DNA from: an uncultured Spirochaetota bacterium
GTDB taxonomy: Bacteria > Spirochaetota > Spirochaetia > SZUA-6 > Fen-1364
NCBI GenBank assembly: GCA_963845535.1
Contig: CAWJSK010000004.1
Span: 160,001 to 224,000, forward strand
Length of the DNA stretch: 64,000 nt
Reading direction: 5' to 3'
Notes under the pieces: model-generated
Told to the model about the DNA's origin: nothing
The model's input: only the letters and a program-made list of their open reading frames with translations
The model's database searches: none
Position numbers and translations under genes: made by a program
Part shown: positions 9,285 to 19,597 of the stretch, piece after piece
How positions within the stretch are numbered: the stretch's first letter is position 1
Layout of the letters: the number at the start of each line of letters is the position of its first letter

Positions 9285-11093
9285 ATGCAAGGCCTGCCGC
9301 GCCGGTATCTCCTCATGTCGCTTGTATACGCAGGCGCCGCGCTCCTCATGATCTGTCTGGCCGTCTTCGCGGGCAGTCTTTCCCGAACAGTGGGCGGAGC
9401 GCGCATCTCGGGACGCTTCTCTCCTTTCCCGCTTTTCAACCGAAGCAACCTGGATGAGCTGACTCTTTCCTGGAACGGGTTGAACCTGCGCTTTCCCCGC
9501 GCTTCCCTTCCGGCCGACGGGACAGGGGACATAGTGCTTGCGGGAAACGAACGTCTCCACGTCGCATCATCGAACGAGGCGGGCCCCACGCTGACTATTT
9601 CGCCGGCGGCAAGCGGCGCGGAGGCGCCAGGGACGCTCAGCATCCCGTTCAAGGTTTCCGGAGTGCTTCAGAGCGGCACGGATCCCCGCACCCTCTCCTG
9701 GAGGCAGGGCGCCGGTGCATTCAAGCTCGCCCTTCCGCCGAGCTCGTCCATTGACTATGGCTCGCAGGCAATCGACATCCAGCTCGGAGCGGCAGCTTCG
9801 GACTCCGTGATGAGGCTTGTCACGCTGTCCCCCGCGGCGGCTTCGCAGGCTTTCAGCGCGGAGGCCCCGGCGCCCGCCCCGCGGCTCCCTGAGGAGAAGT
9901 CACTTCTCACTCCGGACCAATTTGCCGCGGCCCTCGGGCACTTCACTGATTCCGCCTATGCGGGATGGAGCGCCTCACGGTATTCAGCGGCAGACGGAAC
10001 CTGGAAGATGTCTGACGGAAAGCAGGGATTCGCGGAGGAGATCGGAACGGGCCTCCTGGCGGAATCGCTGGCCCGAGGAACTTTTTCAGCCGCCATCCAG
10101 GCATGGACGGCGGCGGTGGCCAACCTGCCCAGCCAGTCTCAAGCGTCTTTGTCGTATTCGACGTGCGTGTTCACCGGTCAGGTCAAGGACTTTGCCAGGC
10201 GGCTCCAGGACAAGGACGCCGGGCAGACGGATCGCCTGAAAAGCCTTGCATCCCAGAGGGACCCCTCTCTTGCCTCACAGCCGGGGATCCTCCTCTACGC
10301 CCTGGACAGGGGCGGCCCTGCGCTTGCGAAGGCAATCCTTTCGTCATTGCGCGCCCTGGATCCGGCGCAGTTGCCGTTGCCCGGGCTCCTCACCGTGCTG
10401 GAATCTCAAGAGGATTACGCGCAGCTTGTCGGTGATGACGCCACCGTCCCGTCCGCTGCTCGTGAGGTGATCGAGAAGCGAATCCTGCCGTCTCTCACGG
10501 CCACAACGGACGGCGCGGTTTTCCTTGCCTCGCAAGGGACGCGCGTGGACGTGGTGCAATCGATCCGCTGCGGCTCGCTCTTGATCCGCGCGGGGTCGCT
10601 TCTGCAGGCGTCGAACCTCACGGCACTGGGCAGAGCCTTGGTTGTCTCCTCCCTGTCCCTTGCCTCTGACGCCGGCATCCTGCCGGCCTCGCTCACGTTG
10701 TCCGCAGGGCGCGTGGTGTCGCAGACGGGGTCCGTTGGGCCTGAATCGGTATACGCCATGCTGCCCCTGGGACGGCGCCTCCCGCATGAAGTGCCGCTGT
10801 ATCGGCTCATGGGGGCGGGATGCTGGGTCTGGACAGCTTCCGATCTGGCTTCTGCAGACGAGGTCAGCGGCGAGATTCGGCTCGCATTTGCCTATCCGGC
10901 AGGGGTTGCGCAGCACCTCGTGTTTCGCGGACTTCGACCGTTCCAGCAGATCAGGATGCACGGCATCCCGTGGCATTCTGACCCCTCGTACGCGAAGTAC
11001 TCGGACGGATGGGACTATGACCCTCAGACGCAGACGCTTTTCATGAAGCTCACCGGGAAGCAGGACAAGGAAGAGGTCGATTTCACATTTTAG
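9285..11093 (+). CDS. Hypothetical membrane-anchored or exported protein (602 aa)
   Basis: Long ORF with an N-terminal hydrophobic helix; promoter TTGCAT-17-TAGAAT at 9247-9275. Confidence 0.75.
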   Translation: MQGLPRRYLLMSLVYAGAALLMICLAVFAGSLSRTVGGARISGRFSPFPLFNRSNLDELTLSWNGLNLRFPRASLPADGTGDIVLAGNERLHVASSNEAGPTLTISPAASGAEAPGTLSIPFKVSGVLQSGTDPRTLSWRQGAGAFKLALPPSSSIDYGSQAIDIQLGAAASDSVMRLVTLSPAAASQAFSAEAPAPAPRLPEEKSLLTPDQFAAALGHFTDSAYAGWSASRYSAADGTWKMSDGKQGFAEEIGTGLLAESLARGTFSAAIQAWTAAVANLPSQSQASLSYSTCVFTGQVKDFARRLQDKDAGQTDRLKSLASQRDPSLASQPGILLYALDRGGPALAKAILSSLRALDPAQLPLPGLLTVLESQEDYAQLVGDDATVPSAAREVIEKRILPSLTATTDGAVFLASQGTRVDVVQSIRCGSLLIRAGSLLQASNLTALGRALVVSSLSLASDAGILPASLTLSAGRVVSQTGSVGPESVYAMLPLGRRLPHEVPLYRLMGAGCWVWTASDLASADEVSGEIRLAFAYPAGVAQHLVFRGLRPFQQIRMHGIPWHSDPSYAKYSDGWDYDPQTQTLFMKLTGKQDKEEVDFTF

Positions 11094-11806
11094 GTTTGCG
11101 CAGCTCGCATTGGGGCTGCCGCCGGAAGACCCGAGCGCTCCAGCTGCTCGTACATCGAGCAGATAGTCCGTTCAAGCTCGGCTTTGAGGCGCTTCTTCTC
11201 CGCTGAAAACGGCTTCAGCGCGTCAAAGCGTATGGGTGCGCCGACCAGAATGGCGCCAATCCTCCGGTTGATTGCGACCGGAAGGAACTGCACGGCCTTG
11301 CGCGTTCTCTGATAGTAGAGTCTTGCAACGTGAATGAACCCGGTGCAGAACTCGCACATCGTGTCGTTGACCCTCCGCGTGGAGTCCTCCGCGAAGACAA
11401 GCAGGCTCTTGCCCTGCTCCAGGAGGGACAGGCTCTGCATGACCGTTTCCGTGATCTTCTTGCTCTTCTGGTAGACCGGGACTGCTCCGATATCCCTCAT
11501 GATCGCCACGCAGATCCTGCCAACCACCCTGCCAAGCCACCGGCTGAGCGGAGGGCGCAGATGAAGCTCCTGCTCCAGGAACTCCCGCTGGATGCGCGGA
11601 GCCACCATCCCCACGTCCGTGACCTCGTGGGCGACCCAGGGAAATATCCGCAGCGGCAGGGATGTTATCAGCGACACAGGCCCGAAAGAGCCCACGTGGT
11701 TGGCCACCATGATGACGGGATCCTCGAAGCGCAGGTTTATTCTTCCGCGAATCCGCGCCCTGAAGAAGAGGAACCGTACGGCCTTGTAGAAATGGCGGGC
11801 AACCAT
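11090..11806 (-). CDS. Lysophospholipid/glycerol-phosphate acyltransferase family protein (PlsC-like)
   Basis: VANHVGSFGP (variant of HxxxxD), GAVPVY, LLVFAED (FPEG-like), PVAI. Confidence 0.75.
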   Translation of the reverse strand: MVARHFYKAVRFLFFRARIRGRINLRFEDPVIMVANHVGSFGPVSLITSLPLRIFPWVAHEVTDVGMVAPRIQREFLEQELHLRPPLSRWLGRVVGRICVAIMRDIGAVPVYQKSKKITETVMQSLSLLEQGKSLLVFAEDSTRRVNDTMCEFCTGFIHVARLYYQRTRKAVQFLPVAINRRIGAILVGAPIRFDALKPFSAEKKRLKAELERTICSMYEQLERSGLPAAAPMRAAQT

Positions 11807-11822
11807 TTGCTTTCAACCATAT

Positions 11823-11841
11823 TACATAGACAGTCTATGTA
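11823..11841. promoter_or_regulatory. Perfect palindromic operator TACATAGAC-A-GTCTATGTA
   Basis: 9-bp perfect inverted repeat just downstream of a TTGACT-17-TAGTAT promoter on the minus strand (about 11843-11871), in an AT-rich gap. Confidence 0.7.
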
Positions 11842-11916
11842 TATACTATATTTTTTAAAGTGGTAAGTCAAGAAACCTGGCATCTCGCAGCCGCGTGGAC
11901 GCCGACAGGGAGACGC

Positions 11917-12894
11917 TCATGAAGGCCGGGCTGTGGGCTCAGCCTCCCTTCCGACAACCGTTCGAAGGAGGAGCGGGCTGGTCAGGAAGGCGAGCAGCGC
12001 AAGGGAAAGGAGAAGGATCTCCAGGAGTCCCGCAACCCCCCAGAAGCTGCGCAGGACCGCGGCCCCGCCGACGATTCCCACGGCGAGCACGGACCCTGCC
12101 TTGAGCACGCGCTGGCGGACGCGGATGAAAAGCACGGAGGCAACCCCGAGAGTCGCGCAAAAATAGGCCATGGCAGTGTCCCATCGGCTGAAGCGCACCT
12201 CGAAGCTGCGGAGCACGTTGACGACGAACCCGTGGGAATGGCTGACGGTCATCAGCCAGATTGCGAGCACGGGGAGGGGGAGCAGCATCAGGGAAGCGAG
12301 GATCCAATCACGTCGTGCGGTCCTCACCGTGGTGGATGCCACGAGCCAGATGCTGAAGACGCAGAGCGCTCCCAGGAGCGCCAACTCCCACACCGGGGCT
12401 GGTTCGCCCGTTCCCCGCGCAACGTAGGTCACCGTGCGCACCACGGGGTCCCACGACATTGCGGTGAGGATCAGGAACGGAAAGACGGCGTAGCCTATCC
12501 AAGAATAGGACCAGGTCGGGGTGCCTCTGCGGCTGCCCAGAAGGGCGATGAGGAGAATAGCCGCGAAAGCGGTGCCGACCATGACGGGCTGGCGCCACAC
12601 GTGCGTGGCAAAAAGCGCGGCCACGATCATGTGGGGCTGGCAGCTGATCAACGCTTCCATCCAGCTTCCCCGACTGTACGCTTCATAGGTCAGGCGCGCA
12701 ATGGACCGAGCGCCGCCGAAAGAAACGAGCGCTTCCCGCGTTGCCTCCAGCTCCGAGACGCCTCTTTCCTGCAGCTCCGCCACCTTCTCCTGCAGATGGG
12801 AATGCAGCTCGCTGATGATCCTGGATTCGATCTCTCGATCAAGGTGAAGATGCGAACGGACCTCTTCCAGGTAGGTGGCCACCTCTGCCTGCAT
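11917..12894 (-). CDS. Membrane protein with N-terminal HAAS/permease-prefix helical domain
   Basis: YLEEVRSHL...ELHSHL.E...G.SE.EA...A...FG followed by about 8 TM helices; lies directly downstream of padR. Confidence 0.75.
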   Translation of the reverse strand: MQAEVATYLEEVRSHLHLDREIESRIISELHSHLQEKVAELQERGVSELEATREALVSFGGARSIARLTYEAYSRGSWMEALISCQPHMIVAALFATHVWRQPVMVGTAFAAILLIALLGSRRGTPTWSYSWIGYAVFPFLILTAMSWDPVVRTVTYVARGTGEPAPVWELALLGALCVFSIWLVASTTVRTARRDWILASLMLLPLPVLAIWLMTVSHSHGFVVNVLRSFEVRFSRWDTAMAYFCATLGVASVLFIRVRQRVLKAGSVLAVGIVGGAAVLRSFWGVAGLLEILLLSLALLAFLTSPLLLRTVVGREAEPTARPS

Positions 12895-12909
12895 GGCCGG
12901 TCCTCCCTC

Positions 12910-13263
12910 TCAGCCCTCCGCGGGCTTCATGACAAGCGCCATGGCGCTCGCGAAGCTCCGCCACATGGCGATCTTCTCCTGGAGGAGCTCGCGGCCTTTG
13001 TCCGTCATCGAGTAGTAGCGCCGCTCCTGGCCGTTGGGCAGCTTCTTCCATTCTCCCTGGACAAGACCGTCGTTTTCCAGCTTGCGAAGCGCCGGGTACA
13101 CTGTCCCTTCCTTGAAACGGAAGTACCCCCCGCTTCGGACTTCGATCTCTTTGATGAGGCGATACCCGTACGCCTGCCCCATCTCGTTGATCAGGAAAAG
13201 AAGCAGCGAGTCGGTGTTCCCGCGAAGAAGATCCGAATCATAGCTCCGCTTGGCATCAGCCAT
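12910..13263 (-). CDS. PadR family transcriptional regulator
   Basis: LLRGNTDSLLL, YGYRLIKEI, EGTVYPALRKLE..GLV, RRYYSMT.KG. Confidence 0.92.
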   Translation of the reverse strand: MADAKRSYDSDLLRGNTDSLLLFLINEMGQAYGYRLIKEIEVRSGGYFRFKEGTVYPALRKLENDGLVQGEWKKLPNGQERRYYSMTDKGRELLQEKIAMWRSFASAMALVMKPAEG

Positions 13264-13373
13264 CTTTCTACCCTCACTTCCCTTGACCTTGAGGAAAGGG
13301 TAGTGAGGGCCTTTCCCTGCTGTCAAGAGAGGTCCCATGAAGCCGGCTTGATCCCCTGGTGTATACTCTGTGC

Positions 13374-13874
13374 ATGGCAAAAAAGGCGGCACAGAAGGCG
13401 TCGAAGAAGGCCGTTGACCAACGCCGGGCAAAGCTGGAAAAGGAGCTGCGGGAAGCCATCAAGGAGGTCGATGAGGAGGGCCTCCTCTTCCTTCTCCAGC
13501 AGGCCGGAGTCCTCATTCATAATGCCCGCGTGGAGCGCATCAACGAGGTGGCGCGTGAGATCCGGGGCTCACGCGCGGCAAAGGCCCCATCGGCGCCCGC
13601 GGGCGTGGAGATCGAGGAGTCGGAGGGCGGCAAGGTCTTTTTTCTGACAATCGGACAGAACCGCAAAGTCTTGAACCTCGACGAGATGAAGAGGCTCGTT
13701 CGGATCTGCTATGCGGCGGAGACCAAAAGCGACGCGCTGCGCCAGCTTTACACCGTTCTTTCCCGTGAGCGAAGTGACATTCTGTCTGACGCGCACATCG
13801 GCGGCCCGCAAAGCCCGCTTCTGGACGGCCTTTTCCAGGCCGTGCGGGCAAAGTTCAAGCTGGAGGAGAGATAG
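13374..13874 (+). CDS. Hypothetical protein (166 aa)
   Basis: ORF with typical codon usage; TATACT 6 nt upstream of the ATG. Confidence 0.7.
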   Translation: MAKKAAQKASKKAVDQRRAKLEKELREAIKEVDEEGLLFLLQQAGVLIHNARVERINEVAREIRGSRAAKAPSAPAGVEIEESEGGKVFFLTIGQNRKVLNLDEMKRLVRICYAAETKSDALRQLYTVLSRERSDILSDAHIGGPQSPLLDGLFQAVRAKFKLEER

Positions 13875-13940
13875 CGCGTACTCACGCGTACTCAGCTCAG
13901 CGGCTCTTGCGCACGGCCGGGAATCCATTTATTGTTGGCC

Positions 13941-14522
13941 ATGGGACTGGCTGTCATCGACGGGAAGTATTACCTCTCCTATGAACAGATACATTCGACA
14001 ATCCGCAAGCTGGCAGAACGCATCCGCACTGACGGCTTCGAGCCTGACGTCATTGTGGCAATCGGGACGGGCGGATACATCCCGGCCCGGATCCTCAAGA
14101 CCTTTCTCAAGAAACCCATCCTGACGGTCGGGATCTCGTATTACGGACCCGACAACAAGCCCGCCAAAACGCCCCGCACAATCCAGTGGATTGATGAGGT
14201 GGAGAAAAAGCTCGCCGGCAGGAAGGTGCTCCTTGTTGATGAAGTGGATGACTCCAGAGTCACCCTCGAGTACTGCCTGCGCGAGCTGCTGCGCCACGGG
14301 GCGCGTGAGATTGCAATCGCCGTTCTTCACAACAAGAACAAGGAAAAAAAGGGGAAAATCCCCCGCGAGATAAAGCGATACTTTGCCGGAGAGGAGCTGG
14401 AGGACCGCTGGATCTGCTATCCCTGGGATGCTGAGGATATCGAGGAGCACCAGAAGAAAACGAGAGAGCCCGCCGGGTCACGCGGGCAGGACCAGGGCGC
14501 GCGCTCCACCGCTACGGTCTGA
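13941..14522 (+). CDS. Type I phosphoribosyltransferase (purine-salvage-like)
   Basis: IVAIGTGGYIPA, PRPP-binding VLLVDEVDDSRVTL, WICYPWD. Confidence 0.85.
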   Translation: MGLAVIDGKYYLSYEQIHSTIRKLAERIRTDGFEPDVIVAIGTGGYIPARILKTFLKKPILTVGISYYGPDNKPAKTPRTIQWIDEVEKKLAGRKVLLVDEVDDSRVTLEYCLRELLRHGAREIAIAVLHNKNKEKKGKIPREIKRYFAGEELEDRWICYPWDAEDIEEHQKKTREPAGSRGQDQGARSTATV

Positions 14523-15786
14523 CCCTCTTTCGGTCACGCGGGAAAAGCGTGGCCTCCTTCACGTTCGAAAGCCCCAGGACCTTCTGCGTCAGCCGTTCCA
14601 GGCCAATGGCGAAACCCCCATGGGGCGGGCAGCCAAAGCGGAAAATGGACAGATAGTCCGAAAGGCCGGCAGGGTCCAGGCCAAAGGTTTTCGCGTTCTC
14701 TACCAGCATATCGTACTGGTTGATGCGCATCCCTCCGGAGGTCACTTCGAGACCCCGAAACAGAAGGTCGAACGCCTTCGTCTTGTTGTTCTCTGCGGGG
14801 TACGTATAGAAGGGCCGGGACTTGCGCGGGTAGGCGTACACGAAGCACGCCTCCACCCCGCTTGTCTTTCCCGCCCAGTCGCACAGGGAGCGCTCCGCCT
14901 CTGGCGTGATCTCATAGATCTTCTTCCCGGTTTCACGCGAGACAATTTCCTTGGCTTCATCATGCGACACGCGCGGTATCTTCGCGCATGACTGCGGGTC
15001 GGGCACCGACGCCTTCCAGGCGTCGAGGTCCCGCGGGCAGGTTGCCAGGATTTCCGCGAAGATCGAGGAAAGGATCCTTGTCTCCAGGTCCATCAGGTCC
15101 TGTTCGCTGTCGATGAACGCCATCTCGACGTCCAGGGACACGAACTCGTTGATGTGTCTCGGGGTATCATGCTTTTCCGCCCGGTACGCCGGCCCTATCT
15201 CGAACACGCGCTCCAGGCCGGACGCGACCATGGCCTGCTTGTACAGCTGGGGGCTCTGGGTGAGATAGACGCGCGTGTCGAAGTACTCCACGGCAAAAAG
15301 CCCCGTCCCCCCTTCCGTCCCGGTGCCAATGAGCTTGGATGTCTTGATCTCCGTGAACCCCTCTTTCCTCATGTGCTCTGAAAAACCTTTGAGGATTGCC
15401 GACTGCACGCGGAAGATCGAGAGGATGGCGGGGTTGCGGACGGAGATCATGCGGTTGTCCAGGATGGCTTCCAGGGAGGTCTTGCCGGGCTCCTGGTTCA
15501 CGGGGAAGGGCAGGTCGGAGGCCGCAGCGGAAAGGATTTCCAGCTTCTGCACGCGCACTTCCACGCCGCCGGGGGCCTTCACGTTGGCGGAGGCTGTTCC
15601 CTCTACCGTGACTACGGATTCAAGGGTCACATCCGGCTTGGCGTCAAAGACGAGCTGGACGCTGCCGCTCCTGTCCCGCAGGACCAGGAAGGACACCTTG
15701 CCAAGGTCCCTGATCCTGTGGACCCAGCCGCTGAGCGTGACCTGGGTCCCAACCTTCCCGGAAAGCTCAGAGACAAGAGTCCGCAT
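14512..15786 (-). CDS. aspS: Short archaeal-type, probably non-discriminating aspartyl-tRNA synthetase
   Basis: OB fold GWVHRIRDLG..FLVLRD, LTQSPQLYKQ, YRAEKHDT.RH, PPHGGFAIGLER, FPRD; no GAD insert; follows gatCAB. Confidence 0.9.
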   Translation of the reverse strand: MRTLVSELSGKVGTQVTLSGWVHRIRDLGKVSFLVLRDRSGSVQLVFDAKPDVTLESVVTVEGTASANVKAPGGVEVRVQKLEILSAAASDLPFPVNQEPGKTSLEAILDNRMISVRNPAILSIFRVQSAILKGFSEHMRKEGFTEIKTSKLIGTGTEGGTGLFAVEYFDTRVYLTQSPQLYKQAMVASGLERVFEIGPAYRAEKHDTPRHINEFVSLDVEMAFIDSEQDLMDLETRILSSIFAEILATCPRDLDAWKASVPDPQSCAKIPRVSHDEAKEIVSRETGKKIYEITPEAERSLCDWAGKTSGVEACFVYAYPRKSRPFYTYPAENNKTKAFDLLFRGLEVTSGGMRINQYDMLVENAKTFGLDPAGLSDYLSIFRFGCPPHGGFAIGLERLTQKVLGLSNVKEATLFPRDRKRVRP

Positions 15787-18182
15787 TTCCCTGCTCCATT
15801 CTTGCAAGCATCTCATCCTCGGTCTCTGAGAAAGCCGAACACACCACCAGCTTGGTCCATGCGGACTCCGTTGTGAGCGGGCCCATGGGAATGGCCCCTT
15901 CCCGCCACAGCTCGTGCGATGAGGCGTACCGGGAGAAGTCCACCATGCCTTCCTGCTGGGAGGTGCAGAAGAAATGCACGCCTTTTTCCCGGGCCGCAAG
16001 AAAGACCTTGCGAAGCGAGTAGGGGGAGTCGCGAAGGTTCGCCGTGCCCGTGTCATAGAGCTCGATGACGAAGTTCTTCACCCCACGGTCCATGAGCTCG
16101 ATGAGGTGGTCTCCGCGCATGCCCGGATACACGCGGATGATGAGCGTTGAATTGATAGCCGCCTCCAGCCGGGCCTGAAGTTTCTCCCTGTCCCCGGCCA
16201 GGGGAAGCTCCTCGAACAAAGCACCCGAGGTGTGGCAGAGCTTCTTCATGTTCCAGTTGCGAAACCCGTCTGCCGTCATGCGCTCGAACTTCAGGTTCAC
16301 CGGGGAGAACACCTTGGCGCCGAAAACAACGTAGACTCCCGGGGTCCCTTCCGCCGCGGTCTGGATGGCCTTGCGAAGGGTGGGAATTGCATCACTTCCT
16401 TCCCGGGAAGGAGTCGACAGGGAAGCTGCCAGGACGATAGGAACAGGCGGTTTGGGGAAGAGCCAGAAGACCAGAGAGGCGGTGTAGGCGAGGGTATCAG
16501 TGCCGTGCGTGACGACTATGCCGGAAGCCCTGCCGCTTCGCAGATGCTCATCCAGGTCGCAGGCGAGCCGGGCCCAGTCCGCCGGAGTGATCTCCTCACT
16601 CAGGATCCTGCCGACCTCGCCTTCTTCGAAGGCCACCTTCTTTCCAAAATGTCCCCCCGCCTCCACGAGGCGGAGAATTTCCGACGGGTCTCCGGCAACG
16701 ACCTCCCCGTTCTCGGACTCCGTGCCCACGATGGCGCCGCCCAGGGAAAGGATCTGGACCACGGACATGGCCAGCTTCTTCTTCACCAGGCCCTGCACGA
16801 GGCCCGGGTCAGCCCGGCCGGATGTTTCCTTCATGATCTCACCGATCAGGAAAGTAATGAGCCTGCTGTCCCCCGCGCGGATGGAAGCGACAATCACCTC
16901 ATGGCTCTTCATCACGGCGTCCACGTGGACGGCCAGCTCCGCGGGGTCAGTGATCTGTTCCCAGCCCTTTTCCCTGATGATCGCAAGGGGATCCTTGTCC
17001 TCGTCGAAGACCTTCTCCAACACTGCCTTGGCGATCTTCCCATGGATGCGCTTTGCCCCCAGGAGACCAAGCAGCTCGGCAAGACGTTTTGCTGAGAGCG
17101 GGCTTGCCGCCAGGCTTGCCCCCGTCCTGTTGAGGTGCTTTTTTACATCCGAGGCCAGCCAGAGCGCGGCGCTTTGCGGATCAGCGCCCAGGCGCACGGT
17201 CTCCTCGAAGTAGTCCGCGGTTGTCTTCTCATCGCAGAGGAAGTCAGCCTGCTCCTCGGTCAGGGAGAATTGCTCCAGGAAGCGCGCGCGGCGGGCCTGG
17301 GGCAGCTCGAGCAGGGCTTGCTCTACCCGGGACAGAAAGGCTTTGTCAGGAGCAAAGGGAGGAAGGTCGGGCTCAGGGAAGTAGCGATAGTCGGAAGAGC
17401 TTTCCTTGGTCCGCATGCCCTCCGTGACGTCCCTGTTCTCGTTCCACAGGCGCGTCTCCTGCGTCACCGAGCCTCCGCGTTCCAGGATACTCGGTCTGGC
17501 GCCCTATTTCGTACGTGATGGCCTTGCGGACGAACTTGAAGGAGTTGAGATTCTTCACCTCCACCTTGCTCCCCAGCCCCTTGCCCTCGAGGTTCACGGA
17601 AACGTTGGCGTCACACCGCAGGGAGCCTTCCTCCATGTTGCCGTCGCAAACCCCGAGGTAGCGCACCATGCGGCGAAGCTGCTGGAGGAAGACCTCCGCC
17701 TCCTCACCGACTTCCAGATCCGGTTGGGTGACTATTTCCAGGAGCGGTGTGCCGGTCCGGTTGAAATCCAGAAGAGTAATGTCCCCTGCATGGATCATCT
17801 TGCCCGCGTCTTCCTCCAGGTGCACCTCGCGGATGCGAACGCGCTTCTTGCGCTTTCGAAGCTCGATCTCGAGCCATCCGTCCGTGCCCAGCGGGGATTT
17901 GAACTGCGAGATCTGGTAGTTCTTGGGAAGGTCGGGATAGAAATAGTTCTTTCGCTCGAACAGGCATGAGTGCGCCAGAGTGCAATTCAGCGCTCGGGCC
18001 ACCAGGTAACCCATCTGCATGGCTTCCCCGTTCAGCGTCGGAAGCACCCCCGGGTATCCCATGCAGACAGGACACACGTTCGTGTTCGGCTCATCTCCGA
18101 ATGCCGCCCGGCATCCGCAGAAGACCTTGGTGCGGGTCAAAAGCTGCGTGTGGACTTCAAGCCCGAGGAATGACGCGTACAC
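15767..18182 (-). CDS. gatB: GatB fused to a C-terminal asparaginase/GatD-like domain; one +1 frameshift near 17489
   Basis: GLEVHTQL, RKNYFYPDLPKNYQISQ, HLEEDAGK, LRCDANVS, YRYFPEPDLPP, Yqey domain, then HGTDT; removing one base joins the two ORFs as RQTEILERGGSVTQETR (804 aa). Confidence 0.88.
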
Positions 18183-18185
18183 GGC

Positions 18186-19568
18186 TCAGCCCCAACCCTT
18201 CGGATACCCCGGCGCGTCAGGGGAGGGGAATACCTTTTCCACCTGCCGGCAGGCATCAAGCAGCAAACCCTCGGAAAACGCCGGGGCCAGGAACTGCATC
18301 CCGATGGGCAGCCCGTTTTCCACGGCCGCGGGAAACGACATTGCGGGGAGCCCCGCGAGGTTGGCGGAGCATGTGAAAATGTCAGCGAGCTTCTGGGAGA
18401 AAGGATCCGAATCCGCCCCGCCGCGCTCGAAAGGAGGCACGGGATACACGGGCATCAGGACAAGGTCGACGCCGGCAAAAGCCTTGTCGAAATCCATCCT
18501 GATGGCGGTGCGGATCTTCTGGGCCCTGAGGTAATACTCGTCCTGGAAGCCGGACCTGAGCACGTACGTGCCAAGGAGTATGCGGAGCTTCACCTCGTCT
18601 CCGAAGCCTTCCGTGCGGGAACGGAGCATCATTTCTTCCGGGTTGTCAGCCTGCGCCGCGCGGTGTCCGTAGCGCACGCCGTCAAAACGGGCCAGGTTGG
18701 CGCTGGCCTCCGCGGTGGCTATCACATAATAGGAGGAAACGACGTGGTCAAACGTGGAAAAAGACACCTCATGAAGGCTGTGCCCCAGCTCGGTGAGCAG
18801 GTGGCGGCTGCGCTCCAGCGTCTTCTTCACGTCCGGGTGCATGGGAACGTCCGCGCATTCCCGCGGGACGCCGATGCGCAGCTTTCCATTCTTGCGGGCA
18901 GGAGGCTGCCAGGGAAGCGAGGAGTGGTCCATGGGATCCTGCCCGCGCATCACGGCGAATGCCTGCTCGGCGAAATCCACCGTCTTGGCAACCACGCCGA
19001 TCACCTCGAGGGACGAGGCGTAGGCCACCAATCCGAAGCGCGAGACAGCGCCCCAGGTCGGCTTGAGGCCGTAAACGCCGCAAAACGAGGCGGGCTGCCT
19101 GACCGATCCGCCTGTGTCGCTCCCCAGTGCAAAAGGCACGATGCCGGCGGCAACCGCCGCGGCCGAGCCTCCGGAGGACCCTCCGGGTACACGCCGTGTA
19201 TCCCACGGATTGCGCGTCGAAAGGAGAGCCGAGTTCTCCGTGGAGGAGCCCATGCCGAACTCGTCCAGGTTGGTTTTTCCGGCCACAACCGCGCCGGCCT
19301 TCTTGAGCCTTTCCACTACGGTGGCTGAATAGGGGGAGACAAAGTCCGAAAGCATCCGCGACCCGCAGGTCAGGCGGAAGGAACGAACGGCGATATTGTC
19401 CTTGACGCCGAAGGGGATTCCCGCCAGCGGCCCGTCCTCGCTTGCCCCTTCGCGCCCCAGCTCAGGGTCCAGCTGAAGGAAACAGCCCAGCGCTTCGTTG
19501 CGCTCCTCGGCGAACTGCTTCCACGTGTCCCGCAGTCTTTCAGCTGTTGAAACGCCATGCCAGTCCAA
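18186..19568 (-). CDS. gatA: Asp/Glu-tRNA amidotransferase subunit A
   Basis: GVKDNI, GKTNLDEFGMGSS, GGSSGGSA, GSDTGGSVRQPA, ARFDGVRYG. Confidence 0.95.
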   Translation of the reverse strand: MDWHGVSTAERLRDTWKQFAEERNEALGCFLQLDPELGREGASEDGPLAGIPFGVKDNIAVRSFRLTCGSRMLSDFVSPYSATVVERLKKAGAVVAGKTNLDEFGMGSSTENSALLSTRNPWDTRRVPGGSSGGSAAAVAAGIVPFALGSDTGGSVRQPASFCGVYGLKPTWGAVSRFGLVAYASSLEVIGVVAKTVDFAEQAFAVMRGQDPMDHSSLPWQPPARKNGKLRIGVPRECADVPMHPDVKKTLERSRHLLTELGHSLHEVSFSTFDHVVSSYYVIATAEASANLARFDGVRYGHRAAQADNPEEMMLRSRTEGFGDEVKLRILLGTYVLRSGFQDEYYLRAQKIRTAIRMDFDKAFAGVDLVLMPVYPVPPFERGGADSDPFSQKLADIFTCSANLAGLPAMSFPAAVENGLPIGMQFLAPAFSEGLLLDACRQVEKVFPSPDAPGYPKGWG

Positions 19569-19597
19569 TTGCCCCTCCCCGGGGGATACGCGTTGAT

